From IMG/VR virus record IMGVR_UViG_3300029893_000006, positions 1 to 63,417 of that record: 63,417 bases of DNA; one strand, given 5' to 3'. This document shows, piece by piece, positions 1 to 9,804 of this stretch. Both the position numbers and the translations under genes were made by a program. The notes beneath the pieces are model-generated. The model ran no database searches. It was given only the letters and a program-made list of their open reading frames with translations, and was not told where the DNA came from. Every line of letters begins with the position of its first letter. The stretch's first letter is position 1. The DNA is from a virus (lineage: Duplodnaviria; Caudoviricetes).

Positions 1-99
1 GGCACAACCAGGGTATCCGGGCTTATAGCCAACAGATTGCCCTTATCGTCCTTCCATTCCATCATGGCGTTACGGACCTTCTCAACGTTATCGGCATTG
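1..99. repeat. Terminal direct repeat (identical to 63319-63417); circular assembly overlap
   Basis: First 99 nt match the last 99 nt exactly, and the capsid reading frame runs through the junction. Confidence 0.97.
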
Positions 100-611
100 A
101 GCTTCAAGGTAGACCCAAGTGAATCAGGATCACCGTAATTGCCAAACGTTGCGCTGTTGGTAGGACTATAGGGATGTGCTGCGCTACACAATGCCTTTCC
201 ATCCGGCCCGGGATAAAGGTCATTAAAAGCATTGTTGAACACGGAAGCAGCATAGAACTGCCTGGTATAATAAACAGTCCTCACCAGGATTCTTACCCGC
301 TTCTTGATCTCGCCGTATTGATCGTCCTCGGGAAGTTCTCTCTCGATTTCAAGGCCCTTGGAATATTTCTTATGCCGATAGGTCGCCAGGAAGCCTTTGT
401 GGATGTCCTCGTAGGCTACCTGACGCCCAGATTCATCCCAAGGGGTCATAAGGCCGAGAGAGCCGATTCCTAAGTGTTGCTCTATCGCCTTGGTTGAAGT
501 TTCCACATTAAAGATTACCAAAACATAGTCTTTGAGCTTTTTCTTATGTTTATCGAAGATTCTGCGTAAGATCGGCAGCATAAGCTCCTGCCAGTTTTCA
601 GAGAGCATCAT
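1..611 (-). CDS. Major capsid protein (Mu gpT-like), exon 1, 5' part; continues across the junction into 63081-63318
   Basis: ATG at 611 after GAGGTG RBS; open frame MMLSENWQELMLPILRRIFDKH...GPDGKALCSAAHP...NAMMEWKDDKGNLL joins the 63042..63383 ORF; follows scaffold and decoration genes; not in the ORF track. Confidence 0.9.
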   Translation of the reverse strand, partial: MMLSENWQELMLPILRRIFDKHKKKLKDYVLVIFNVETSTKAIEQHLGIGSLGLMTPWDESGRQVAYEDIHKGFLATYRHKKYSKGLEIERELPEDDQYGEIKKRVRILVRTVYYTRQFYAASVFNNAFNDLYPGPDGKALCSAAHPYSPTNSATFGNYGDPDSLGSTLKLNADNVEKVRNAMMEWKDDKGNLLAISPDTLVV

Positions 612-659
612 CTTTCGTTCACCTCGCTAAAATTTGAATTGGAAAAGGAAAAGCACCCC

Positions 660-1388
660 TTATCCGAAGAGGTGCTTTGAAGCACGGATCATTACATCCA
701 TCCACAGGTTGGCCGGATCAAGTGCCAAGCAGACCAGAGGGCCTACCGGATTGCCGCTGGAGATCGCTGCGGCGTCCCCATCTACTCTGGCATGGTCTTT
801 TAGCACAATACCGGCTTTTCCAACGTTAATGCCGTCGTTAGCCTCGCTAGCTCCGCCAAACACGATAAACTTGGTAGTTGTATCGCATTGGTTGGGGAAA
901 GGATATGTGACAGTCCATGTCCCCACACTGGCAGCGTTGGAATAGGCGGATACCGTCCTGATAGCGCCTTTATTGGTGCCTTCATAGACGTAAAGCATTG
1001 CCCCACGGAAAACATTGGCAGTAGTCAGGGTTGCTTCCGCCGCCGTTACCGTTGTGCCGTCAGAAGCACCGCCAGTTGCCGTATAGTCCCGGTTGCCCAT
1101 ATCCGCAATACTTACCCTGAAAATAGTATTGGGATTGTCATAGACCAGGCCCTTGGTTAGCCCGGCAGCCGGATTATCGGCCTGCTTTACATCATGGGCC
1201 ATAACGCCTAAAATACCGGAAACGCTGGCAGCAGTTGCCCTGACCACCTTGCCGTATTGGAGTACAACCATATCCCCCATTTTAAACTCTGTGTTGGGGG
1301 TAAGCTCATAAGGAACAGGGTTCGGCGCAAATCCCATCTTATGGAACAAAGGCTCGAACCCTGCCGTTACTCTTGCAGGAGTAAACAT
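660..1388 (-). CDS. Capsid decoration/cement protein with an inserted beta-rich domain
   Basis: Between scaffold and MCP; GDMVVLQYGKV...ILGV pattern; Ala/Thr/Gly-rich. Confidence 0.65.
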   Translation of the reverse strand: MFTPARVTAGFEPLFHKMGFAPNPVPYELTPNTEFKMGDMVVLQYGKVVRATAASVSGILGVMAHDVKQADNPAAGLTKGLVYDNPNTIFRVSIADMGNRDYTATGGASDGTTVTAAEATLTTANVFRGAMLYVYEGTNKGAIRTVSAYSNAASVGTWTVTYPFPNQCDTTTKFIVFGGASEANDGINVGKAGIVLKDHARVDGDAAAISSGNPVGPLVCLALDPANLWMDVMIRASKHLFG

Positions 1389-1454
1389 CTTTTACTTCAC
1401 CTCGCTTAAGATTGTTTGGAAACTAAAAAGCCCCGAATATATCGGAGCTACTTA

Positions 1455-2435
1455 TTACATTCTGCCGCTTCTCCGTTCCCTTTGAATTTTGGCTTTTTCC
1501 GCTATGACCTCTTTAAGCGGCACTCCCATCATTGCGGCTATCTGCTTTTGGAACGGATCGACTTCGTCTGCCGCCATTTCAGAGATGCTCTTGCCTGAGT
1601 AAGAGCCGCTCTGCACCTTGACCTTGCTCTGCTTCTTTATATCTGCCAGGGTTTTATTGATGGCCCCGCTTTTAATCGCTTCGGCCAGTTCTCCACTTAG
1701 TATTTTCTGCCCCAAGATATAATTCTTGGCAGCTTCAAAGGAACAGGCCCTGCCATTCTGCGCAAAAGCGTCAATCTCCTTTTCGTATTTACGAACATAA
1801 GGATTATTGATATCCCTGGCCTTGTCGTTAATATAATCAAGCGTCCTCTGGTAGCTTGGCAGTTGTCCTTCAACGTTGGCCAGCCTCGCTTTAAGTTCCC
1901 GGTTCTCACGTAAGATTCTTACCTGCTTTCTGGCTTCATCCTCGTCCACCATGTTATCTTCGGCGTATTTCTTAACTTCTTCTTCTTCTTGCTGCCGGTC
2001 AGCGTATTCGTCAAGTTGCTGGAGTGTCATGCCAGTTTTCTGCTCCAGGCGCCGTCCAATAGCACGGTAGGGATCACGAGCTAAACGTTCGTTGATCAAG
2101 GCTTCTACCTGTTCTTTTGTAAAGAGTTTTTCTGCCGTTTCTTCCTTAGTAACTGGCGGGGTTTCCTTGGCGTCTTTTACGGTGCTTTTTGGTACTGTTT
2201 CCTTTGCTTTAACCTTGGGTTCGCCCTCGTCTTCTGGTTCGTCCTCTTCATCCTCAATAGCACCCTGGGCTGCTAATTTTTCAAAATCCTCTTCATCAAC
2301 ATCTTTACCATCGTCATCATCGCCATCAACATCGTCTAAATCTGCTTTATTTGGATCGTCATCTTCGACATCTTCAAGATTATCTGCAAACAACTGCAGG
2401 TCAAGGTATCTTTTTTCTTCTTCATACACAAACAT
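1455..2435 (-). CDS. Capsid scaffolding protein
   Basis: N-terminal YLDLQLFA Prp-type motif, acidic tract, KLFTKEQVEALINERLAR motif, coiled coil; between portal and MCP. Confidence 0.85.
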   Translation of the reverse strand: MFVYEEEKRYLDLQLFADNLEDVEDDDPNKADLDDVDGDDDDGKDVDEEDFEKLAAQGAIEDEEDEPEDEGEPKVKAKETVPKSTVKDAKETPPVTKEETAEKLFTKEQVEALINERLARDPYRAIGRRLEQKTGMTLQQLDEYADRQQEEEEVKKYAEDNMVDEDEARKQVRILRENRELKARLANVEGQLPSYQRTLDYINDKARDINNPYVRKYEKEIDAFAQNGRACSFEAAKNYILGQKILSGELAEAIKSGAINKTLADIKKQSKVKVQSGSYSGKSISEMAADEVDPFQKQIAAMMGVPLKEVIAEKAKIQRERRSGRM

Positions 2436-2450
2436 TTGTTTCTACCTCCA

Positions 2451-2533
2451 TCCGTGTCTTTCCACGTCGTCTTTTATTCCGTGTCTTTCCACGTCGCCAG
2501 GCTATTAAGCCGGTTTAACCTCGTCTTTCCGAG
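2451..2533 (-). promoter_or_regulatory. Three hairpins with GAAAGAC loops in the scaffold 5' leader
   Basis: 19-bp direct repeat tccgtgtctttccacgtcg at 2451-2469 and 2478-2496, plus ctcgtctttccgag at 2520-2533, directly upstream of the RBS. Confidence 0.6.
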
Positions 2534-2598
2534 TTGTCGGCCCAAAATATCAGGGCAATAAAAAACCCACTTGTTATGCGGGTTCTTGAAGCTGTGAA

Positions 2599-2829
2599 CT
2601 ATTTTTTCTTCTTGGCTTTGGCTTTGCCTTTCTTCTTTGAGTTACCACCACCCTTTTTACTTTTACTTTTACCGGCCTTGCTGTAGGCTGCTGCCGCTGC
2701 AATCTCTTTGGCGTGCGCAAGGCTTTTCGGCCTCGTAGTGCCTATTTTGCCGGTCTCTTTGTAACTGCGGATCATTTCGGCAATATTGTCCTGAACGGCA
2801 TCCTTGGAACTGCCGCTTTTAAGAGGCAT
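2599..2829 (-). CDS. Small Lys-rich basic protein
   Basis: MPLKSGSSKDAVQDNIAEM...AAAAYSKAGKSK; a type often found after portal genes; GGAGG RBS. Confidence 0.7.
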   Translation of the reverse strand: MPLKSGSSKDAVQDNIAEMIRSYKETGKIGTTRPKSLAHAKEIAAAAAYSKAGKSKSKKGGGNSKKKGKAKAKKKK

Positions 2830-2849
2830 GTTTAACCACCTCCCCCTTG

Positions 2850-4964
2850 CTAACTTTGTGGCAGAATTGAATTGATAACCTGCTCCTGCATGGCCGGAGA
2901 AAGTTTGGAGAATTGCTGTGCAAGCTGCGGATTAGCTCTAAAAACCTCCTCAATGTCAGCCACGGGATCATAACCTTCCCCGGCAGGCGGCATACCCTGC
3001 TGCTGAGGCAATCCGCTTGTTATGCTTCCGATCAAGCCTTCCAATGCCCCCAAACCGGCACCACCGCCACCGGCAGCAGGTTGGCCCCCAGGCTGTCCTC
3101 CGCCTGGTATTTGACCCTGCCCTTGTAGCATCATAGCCTGTTGCTGTGCCTTCTCTTGCATTTTCTCCAAAAGCTCTTTGAACGGCGGGAACTTGCCGTT
3201 ATCCAGCACATACCAGAATATCTCCTGATCAATGAGCTGCGCCATGTAAAGCTCCTTCGCCATGTCCATGTAAAAGATTCTGTCTGTAGGCAGGCTTGTT
3301 GAGACTTTGCACTGCGTATCGTACTGCGGACAGTAAATCTCGTAATGTTCGCCCTCTATCATACCGAACTCGCTGGCCCAACCGCCTCTTTCAAAATCTT
3401 GAAGAGGCATAGATTCATCAAAGTCATAAATATAAACTCTTTGCAACATTCCGGGATCAAAAATACCGTAAACGGTCTGAGCAACATCATCGCCCAAAAT
3501 ACGGTAAGCTCTTCTGCTGGTGTAAAACTTGGATATGAGATTATTCATATAGTTGCCGCAATCTTCATAAGCCGTGACCATGGCTTTTTCTTTGCTGCGG
3601 AGCCTTACCTGCGCCCTGGAAGCAAGTAAATCCAAAGCCCTGAAAGCTGTAACACTACCTGGTGTTCTTCCCTGGGAAATGTCAAACCGGCCTACCAGTG
3701 TTTCTGATACTTTCTGTAACCGTTCCATTTCGCCCTGGAGCGACGGAGGAACGCTTGTTCCCTGGAGGCGTTTTATGCCATTTATATCTTTGACCGGATA
3801 CCACATGCCCGGAAGAGTGCCGCGCTCCTTGACGTTCTTCTGCTGTTTTGGCGTCAGCGCAGATTCATTGTAAATCGTCTGCCCCATGGCATGATGAACG
3901 TGGCCCTCGATGATGATCTCTGCTGTTTTGTTTCTGATGATCTGCGGGTTTTTCAGGAAATACATTTCCCCGAAGCCCCAAATAGAATTTTCCCGTGGAT
4001 AACACTGCCGGAAAATGAACGGGAATTTAGTATTCTCACCAGGATCATGATAAACATAATTGGCATGTTTAAGGTATTGGCTGTTCCCCTCACCGGCCCA
4101 CCAGATCACATGAAGCCCAGGGCCCAAGTCCTCTTCGTCTTCGTCTAAGATTATGGGCCTGCCTTTGTACCATGTCTCCACAATAAGCGCCTGCTCTTCA
4201 CCGCTTTCCGAAGTCTCCATTGGTATTTCATCACCAATAAGCATATCGTAGCGGACAGTATCCGGCATGACTTTGCCGCCATGCTCAGGAAATTCTTCTT
4301 TGATGTATTCCAGCGTTCTCCAGAAAGCTTTATGTATCCTGCGGCCATCCTCTATGCTGTCACGGCAACGGGCATCGGGATAAACCACCTGCGGATGCGA
4401 CGCTATCCACCTTATATCGCCATGCCACCTATTGGGGCCTTTGCCGCCTGTCCAGGTCGGGTCCCAATAGATATGCCAGATCCCGGTTCCATAGAGAAAG
4501 AACCACCGGAGCCACTTTTCCCGCTCTACAGCGATCCGGTTTTTATATGCAATAAATTCTTTCAGGTCTGTCATTATAAGGGCGACTTCATCATCGCCTT
4601 TTTCTACCGGGTAGTCTACGATATCAATGTCCTGGCTGAACTCGGAAACAAAACCTTCTACAAGTGCGAAAGAAATATTCTCTACAGCGTTCGGCCTGGC
4701 CCTTTTCTGCGCCTGGGTGCGGAGAACCCTGCCGTCCTCACCTTTCAGGCTCCAGTGATCGCTCTTGTAGAGCTTATACATCTCCTCCATTTCTTCCATG
4801 TAGAACTGCTTGGCCATACGGTCTGCTTCGAACCAGTCATAGCACTTCTTCACGGCCTGGGTGCGCATCTGCTGGAGATCGAAAGGTATTTCTAAAACTG
4901 TCGTGGACAGATCTTCAGTTGTAGCTAAAGAAGGCGCCTCGGCATCATAATTGGTAAAGGCCAA
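2850..4964 (-). CDS. Portal protein (P22-like large portal)
   Basis: 704 aa; upstream of scaffold; FFLYGTGIWHIYWD, VYPD, WGFGE, DISQG motifs; Q/G-rich C-terminus. Confidence 0.85.
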   Translation of the reverse strand: MAFTNYDAEAPSLATTEDLSTTVLEIPFDLQQMRTQAVKKCYDWFEADRMAKQFYMEEMEEMYKLYKSDHWSLKGEDGRVLRTQAQKRARPNAVENISFALVEGFVSEFSQDIDIVDYPVEKGDDEVALIMTDLKEFIAYKNRIAVEREKWLRWFFLYGTGIWHIYWDPTWTGGKGPNRWHGDIRWIASHPQVVYPDARCRDSIEDGRRIHKAFWRTLEYIKEEFPEHGGKVMPDTVRYDMLIGDEIPMETSESGEEQALIVETWYKGRPIILDEDEEDLGPGLHVIWWAGEGNSQYLKHANYVYHDPGENTKFPFIFRQCYPRENSIWGFGEMYFLKNPQIIRNKTAEIIIEGHVHHAMGQTIYNESALTPKQQKNVKERGTLPGMWYPVKDINGIKRLQGTSVPPSLQGEMERLQKVSETLVGRFDISQGRTPGSVTAFRALDLLASRAQVRLRSKEKAMVTAYEDCGNYMNNLISKFYTSRRAYRILGDDVAQTVYGIFDPGMLQRVYIYDFDESMPLQDFERGGWASEFGMIEGEHYEIYCPQYDTQCKVSTSLPTDRIFYMDMAKELYMAQLIDQEIFWYVLDNGKFPPFKELLEKMQEKAQQQAMMLQGQGQIPGGGQPGGQPAAGGGGAGLGALEGLIGSITSGLPQQQGMPPAGEGYDPVADIEEVFRANPQLAQQFSKLSPAMQEQVINSILPQS

Positions 4965-5005
4965 TATTAATCACCACCTTTCAACTCTGCCACCAAATAA
5001 AAAAT

Positions 5006-5064
5006 GGGGAGACAGAGAACACAAAAACCGCTGTTTATGCGGTTCTTCTGCTCTCGGCCTCCCC
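5006..5064 (-). terminator. Long hairpin plus U-tract upstream of the portal gene
   Basis: Minus strand ggggaggccgagagcagaagaaccgc-ataaaca-gcggtttttgtgttctctgtctcccc followed by attttttatt. Confidence 0.55.
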
Positions 5065-5114
5065 AAGACGTTTCATAACGCTATGGAAAACGGTATTTAG
5101 TTTTAAGGGTAGCT

Positions 5115-5405
5115 CTAGAGGATTTTGATCTGCCCGACTACTTCTTCCAACTCAATGCAGATATTTAATAAACTATCATTGGCTTCAAATAATTCGTTCC
5201 GTGTAAAATCAAGAACACTTGTTATTTTGTTTTCTGCCCCGGCCTTTTCACAATCTTCGCTTTCCAGCCTTGGGACAAACAAAATCCCGTGCAGCCTGTA
5301 TATAAGCTCCTTTGTTCTCATAACTTCACGACCTAAATCTTTTATGCTGGCATCAAGTAAGGCTGGTGCTTTCATTTCTGTCTTAGCAACACACGCTTCC
5401 GGCAT
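5115..5405 (-). CDS. Hypothetical protein
   Basis: Co-oriented ORF with RBS, abutting the upstream gene. Confidence 0.6.
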   Translation of the reverse strand: MPEACVAKTEMKAPALLDASIKDLGREVMRTKELIYRLHGILFVPRLESEDCEKAGAENKITSVLDFTRNELFEANDSLLNICIELEEVVGQIKIL

Positions 5406-5588
5406 CTATCTCCCCTCCTTTCCCTCCGGAATATTGAAACGGACCTTTTCATAAACGATCTTTGCTTCTTCCGGCAGGCTGTTCCTTACTTGCAGGTCCG
5501 TTATGATCCCGTGACCCAGCTCCCGTATTTTCTGAATCAATCTTTTCTCGTTAGGGTGGAGGAGCATGGCTTCTTTTTCCTGGCTCAT
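5406..5588 (-). CDS. Small conserved phage protein (DUF2292/YezD-like)
   Basis: LHPNEKRLIQKIRELGHGIITDLQVRNSLP pattern. Confidence 0.5.
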   Translation of the reverse strand: MSQEKEAMLLHPNEKRLIQKIRELGHGIITDLQVRNSLPEEAKIVYEKVRFNIPEGKEGR

Positions 5589-5606
5589 AGGGTCACTCCT
5601 TTAACC

Positions 5607-6494
5607 TTAAGCTATCTTCTTAAACGGCAGCTCCTTGCAGTTAAAACCAGCCGCCTGCTTATGGCCGCCACCGCCGTATTTCTCCGCTATCTCGGATACA
5701 TCAATACCTTTGACAGTGTATAGAGACACGGTAAAAACGTTCCCATCGAATACAAAGGGCATCATAATATCGTATTTATTTGCTAAATCACTAAAAAACT
5801 GGCTGGAAACACGGCCCACGTTACAGGCAATACATTTATGCCCCTCAAACTCAGTTTCAAAAGCATAGGCTTTTAGCATCTCCTGATTATGAACATGCTG
5901 ATATGCCAGGACTACCTCGCCTGTGGCTTCAATAGGCTTGGTGTCTTTCATGGCATCTTCCCATATCTCAGATGTCGGATCGGTATCGTAAACAAGCATA
6001 CCTGCGCAGAACTTAGCCGTTCTTTCCTCAAATACCCACGCCCATATATCACGATCACCAATCAACCGGGTAAACATCGGAACTTTGGTTATCATTGCAT
6101 CTTCAAACTTCTTCTGTTTTCCCGGCCTACCTCTGTCGGTCAGCTCGAACAAATAAATGTAAGTGAGGACGCAACCGGCTACTCCTACTTTTTGGATTCC
6201 ACGAATTTGCGATGTATCAAAATCTTTGTAGCGTTTTATGGCCGATTCGTGGTGATCTATCCATACTACATTATTGGTTATTTGAAGAAGCTCTGTCATC
6301 TGCTCCGGCAGAATAGAGAAGTCCACGATGTAGACCAGCTCGTTTTTCCTGATTTTATCCATCGGGAATGTGTCTTTATAGTCAATCTCGAATAGCTCCG
6401 GTTCTTCTCCGTATGGATCGTCTCTATACGCCCACTTGTTTACCCAATAACCGGCGCATCTGCCGTCAAGATCGTTATGGTGAAAGCATTTCAC
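5607..6494 (-). CDS. DHH/DHHA1 phosphoesterase
   Basis: HHNDLDG, IVDFS, WIDHH and C-terminal GGGGHKQAAG motifs. Confidence 0.9.
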   Translation of the reverse strand: MKCFHHNDLDGRCAGYWVNKWAYRDDPYGEEPELFEIDYKDTFPMDKIRKNELVYIVDFSILPEQMTELLQITNNVVWIDHHESAIKRYKDFDTSQIRGIQKVGVAGCVLTYIYLFELTDRGRPGKQKKFEDAMITKVPMFTRLIGDRDIWAWVFEERTAKFCAGMLVYDTDPTSEIWEDAMKDTKPIEATGEVVLAYQHVHNQEMLKAYAFETEFEGHKCIACNVGRVSSQFFSDLANKYDIMMPFVFDGNVFTVSLYTVKGIDVSEIAEKYGGGGHKQAAGFNCKELPFKKIA

Positions 6495-6581
6495 TACTTT
6501 ACTCCCCCTGTTGCTTTTTTATTGTTCTTACTCCATTTGTTTCGGCTCTGGCCAAACCATTTCGGCCAGGGCCTGTCCAAT

Positions 6582-6869
6582 TTAAAAGTGAATTTTATTA
6601 TCCTTCAATACCTGATACATACAGTGTGATAAACGAGATATTGTAGTATCATCCTGCTCAAAAGCACAATGGTCAAATATGCCGTGAAACAATTCATGCA
6701 AAAATGCTTCATTTGTGCAATCTGGAGACATACCCTTCTTGATTCTAATTTCCTGTTTGGAATAGACGATACAACCTTTCATATTCCAATCATCTTCAGA
6801 CACTTCACCAATGTCAACAAATTTTACATCGTACACAATCCCGCCAATTTTAACCTTGTCGGGTATCAT
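6582..6869 (-). CDS. Small HExxH metallopeptidase-like protein (ImmA/IrrE-like fold)
   Basis: [15 protein letters not shown]...FLHELFHGI. Confidence 0.65.
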   Translation of the reverse strand: MIPDKVKIGGIVYDVKFVDIGEVSEDDWNMKGCIVYSKQEIRIKKGMSPDCTNEAFLHELFHGIFDHCAFEQDDTTISRLSHCMYQVLKDNKIHF

Positions 6870-7405
6870 CGATATAGCTCCACCTCTTCCACTTCCACGC
6901 CCTTTTCGCCCAAGACACCCAGCACATTCAGCTTCATATACTGGCCCTGGCTCATATACTCAATTTCGGGGGGTAAAAACTCAGCAGGAATAATAAATTT
7001 TCCTTTGTTTTCTTCGGCCTGGACAGTCGGAAGCTCCTTTGCCTCCTGCTGCTCATCTACCGGCTCATAAGTTTTCTCAAAAACATCCGGCTTGCAGGGA
7101 TATTGCTCACCGTTTACTCCTGTAATTATCCAGTCCCCCGGACTTGCCGTCATTGTTCCTTCCAGGGTTTCAATTTGGGCCTCTTTGTCTGTCTGGTAAG
7201 CCTCAACAATTACCGGCTTTTTACGAAACTTCTTAACAATAACCGGTTCATCTAAAGGCTTCTTCTCTTCCTTTTCCGGCTCTTCCGTCTTTACTGGCGG
7301 CTGCATAGCATTAACTGCACTGGCCTGTTTCCTGGCTTGGTGACACGCCTGCAGTTCTCCCATACTCTCATGCGTTTTCCCGCAAGCACTACACTTATAC
7401 GACAT
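6866..7405 (-). CDS. Zn-finger plus PGDYG-like domain protein
   Basis: CSACGK...CH N-terminus; [11 protein letters not shown]...[37 protein letters not shown]. Confidence 0.75.
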   Translation of the reverse strand: MSYKCSACGKTHESMGELQACHQARKQASAVNAMQPPVKTEEPEKEEKKPLDEPVIVKKFRKKPVIVEAYQTDKEAQIETLEGTMTASPGDWIITGVNGEQYPCKPDVFEKTYEPVDEQQEAKELPTVQAEENKGKFIIPAEFLPPEIEYMSQGQYMKLNVLGVLGEKGVEVEEVELYR

Positions 7406-7421
7406 TTGCCTCCACGCTCCT

Positions 7422-7613
7422 TTAATGTAAACTCGGATCGCTGTCCATGGGTATCAGGCTGAACTCGATTAAAGCCTTGCATAACGGACAGACTATTTTC
7501 AGACTGGCTTTAAAGATGAAAACCATCCCGCATATAGGACAGCATATCGTGAATTGGCCCTCTTCTTCTTCGTCTACCCCGCCATAGATGTTAACTTGAA
7601 CGGGCCTTATCAT
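7422..7613 (-). CDS. Small Zn-ribbon protein
   Basis: CPIC...CPLC motifs. Confidence 0.5.
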   Translation of the reverse strand: MIRPVQVNIYGGVDEEEEGQFTICCPICGMVFIFKASLKIVCPLCKALIEFSLIPMDSDPSLH

Positions 7614-7965
7614 CAGCTATGATACTCCATTCTTCATCGGTTACATCATCATCTTCGCCTGTTTCCGGATCTTCGTCAAGCATGGCCCGGATCTCTTCAT
7701 CGGTCATAACCGGGACAGGATCGTCTATTAACCATTCAGGACAGCAAAATTCCCTGGGAGTGATAATGTCCATATAAACCTCTTTCCCGTAAAGAGTAAT
7801 GGGATGAAGTTTGCCGCAAACCGAATAGCCTTCTTCTCCAATAACGGCATCCATCATGGCGCTGTCATGCGTCCACCATCGGCAGTTATCGCAGCATTTC
7901 TTATCATTCATCGATATCCCCCTCATTTCGTTAGGTGCAGGAAAATCTTTCTTAACACGGATCAA
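7591..7965 (-). CDS. Cys-rich hypothetical protein (likely start at MNDKK)
   Basis: CCDNCRWW...C...FCCPEW; acidic tail. Confidence 0.6.
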   Translation of the reverse strand: MIRVKKDFPAPNEMRGISMNDKKCCDNCRWWTHDSAMMDAVIGEEGYSVCGKLHPITLYGKEVYMDIITPREFCCPEWLIDDPVPVMTDEEIRAMLDEDPETGEDDDVTDEEWSIIADDKARSS

Positions 7966-8444
7966 CTATAAAACCCCCTGTCGTCGTCCCCGGATCGCTT
8001 CTCCTTTTCGGCCTCGTCCTCCGGTTCCAGAGTATCATCTTCCGCGCCCGTGAAATCTTCCGGATGGAAAACAGGCTTGGGTTGCTTCTGCGGTTCCGGT
8101 TGCGTCTGCTCAGTCTGCTTCTTTTGTTCCAACGGTTCCAATTCCCCGGTTCCCCATAGAGTTCCCCACGGCTTTTTAATCTTGACCACCTCGAACGGCG
8201 CTTCCGCGTCCAGCCTTACCGGCGGATGTGCTACTGCCATGACGTTCAGCCAGATGTTACCGGATAAAAAAACTAAAAGCCGCTCTTTGAGAGACAGCTT
8301 CCAGCGGGTTGTGTAGATACCATCGTTATAGTAGGCCGGTAGATCGCCGTCAGCACCTGAATTGCCGGGAATAAGGTTGATGTTGGCCGGAAGGCCCGGA
8401 GCGATCTCTTTTTGTGGTTTCAATCTTCTTCCCCCTTTTGACAT
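7962..8444 (-). CDS. Hypothetical phage protein
   Basis: DLPAY...TRWKLSLKERLLVFLSGNIWLNV..HPPV; start trimmed to MSKGG. Confidence 0.6.
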   Translation of the reverse strand: MSKGGRRLKPQKEIAPGLPANINLIPGNSGADGDLPAYYNDGIYTTRWKLSLKERLLVFLSGNIWLNVMAVAHPPVRLDAEAPFEVVKIKKPWGTLWGTGELEPLEQKKQTEQTQPEPQKQPKPVFHPEDFTGAEDDTLEPEDEAEKEKRSGDDDRGFYS

Positions 8445-8457
8445 ATAACATCTTTTC

Positions 8458-8790
8458 TTACTCAAGAAATATGCGTATTCTATAAGTATTGGCCCGATGA
8501 AGCTTTTTTGAACCCATTGTTGGAACATATCTTTCCTGCTCATAGCATCCGTTTGCTCTCACATAGAAATACCTGTTCTTATCCCCCAAAAGCCTTTCTA
8601 TAGCCTGGAAAAGCCTTATCGGTGTATGGTGAAGCAGGATTACTTCTTTGTCTGGGGAATAGCCGTCAAATTTTATGCCGAAAACTATCCCCGCTATCTG
8701 CTCCTTAAAATAATCAATAAACTGTTTCTCAAATTCGTTGGAAGGTTTGTAGTTTTCGACAGGGACAATACTTTCAGCATTATGATTCAT
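8458..8790 (-). CDS. Hypothetical protein
   Basis: Co-oriented ORF coupled to the upstream gene. Confidence 0.5.
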   Translation of the reverse strand: MNHNAESIVPVENYKPSNEFEKQFIDYFKEQIAGIVFGIKFDGYSPDKEVILLHHTPIRLFQAIERLLGDKNRYFYVRANGCYEQERYVPTMGSKKLHRANTYRIRIFLE

Positions 8791-9207
8791 TTAGAGGGCC
8801 TCCTTCACGGCCTGCCAGAGGGCGTCGCATAACTCAATAAAGTCCGTCCCATCATTATTTGTAACGTAAAATTTCGGCCCGTAAAGATTGTTTGAAGTTA
8901 TATACCACCCGCCGGATGTAGTGCAATTTATTGACCATGAACCGGGATCTTCTTCGGCAAGTAGTTCAATCATCTGGCCGATAGAAAGCAGGGGCAGGCA
9001 ATCTTCCATTTTGTCAATATCACCATAGCCATACCTGTAAACTTCTCCTTCCTCGTTTACATAAACGCACCATTCTGTGCAATATCTTCCCCGCCAATCC
9101 TTGCCATAAAACTTGTCCCCTTCCTCCGGTTTCCACCACGCTCTAAGCCTTTCCTTCTGATCCTCTGTAAGCTCCTGGAGCTGCTCTGCTGTGATATGCT
9201 TGTTCAC
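8791..9207 (-). CDS. Conserved phage protein
   Basis: KHITAEQLQELT...WWKPEEGD...LPLLSIGQMIELL...ELCDALWQAVKE. Confidence 0.7.
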   Translation of the reverse strand: MNKHITAEQLQELTEDQKERLRAWWKPEEGDKFYGKDWRGRYCTEWCVYVNEEGEVYRYGYGDIDKMEDCLPLLSIGQMIELLAEEDPGSWSINCTTSGGWYITSNNLYGPKFYVTNNDGTDFIELCDALWQAVKEAL

Positions 9208-9512
9208 TTAACTTCTCCCCCTGATTGATGCACCCAAGTTCCGGGTATCTTTTGCATTGCCAGCACCTTGCTCGGGTTACTCCCGATTTTATGATCCCCG
9301 CACCAGTCCGTATCCGCATACACTACCGGGTAGCCCTGTATCGTAGGGGCATGTCTGCGGCAACGTCCCTTTTCTTCGTCCTTCGGCGCATAATGAGCAC
9401 ATGTAGCACAGCAAAAGCCTGTCTTACGGTCCCATCTGTCCATGATGCTTTGTCCCCCTTTTTGTTGTGGTTTATCCCACCAGAATTTTTTGATTGTTTC
9501 CGGTATTTGCAT
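9204..9512 (-). CDS. Cys-rich metal-binding phage protein
   Basis: CATC...GRCRRHAP...YPVV...DWCGDH. Confidence 0.65.
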   Translation of the reverse strand: MQIPETIKKFWWDKPQQKGGQSIMDRWDRKTGFCCATCAHYAPKDEEKGRCRRHAPTIQGYPVVYADTDWCGDHKIGSNPSKVLAMQKIPGTWVHQSGGEVK

Positions 9513-9529
9513 TACTGTCCCCTTTCTTT

Positions 9530-9772
9530 TTAAAACACCGGCACTATTTTGCAGTACCGTTCTCCTTTCTGATCTTTTTCCACCAAGTCTGCAACCGTAA
9601 ACGTTTCTCTATAGGCTCCCTTCCTCTGCTCGAAAATGCTTCTTTTCGGCTCCGGGATATACTCCACTACTATCATGTCAGGACGGCTATAAACGACAAC
9701 AGCTTCCCTGCGACTACCCTTTTTGAAACTGTCACTTTTTGGCCTTTGGGAAACACTGGCTTCACTCTCCAT
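9530..9772 (-). CDS. Hypothetical protein
   Basis: Co-oriented ORF. Confidence 0.4.
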   Translation of the reverse strand: MESEASVSQRPKSDSFKKGSRREAVVVYSRPDMIVVEYIPEPKRSIFEQRKGAYRETFTVADLVEKDQKGERYCKIVPVF

Positions 9773-9804
9773 AAAAGTAAACCGGCAAGGGCAGGCCGGT
9801 TTTA

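Noticed and set aside
1-99. Biological terminal repeat
   Set aside because: Exactly 99 nt and inside the capsid gene, typical of an assembler k-mer overlap of a circular contig
2092-2508. Plus-strand ORFs opposite the main genes (for example 2092, 4281, 22107, 25808, 59582)
   Set aside because: Antisense shadows with biased composition and no RBS or motifs
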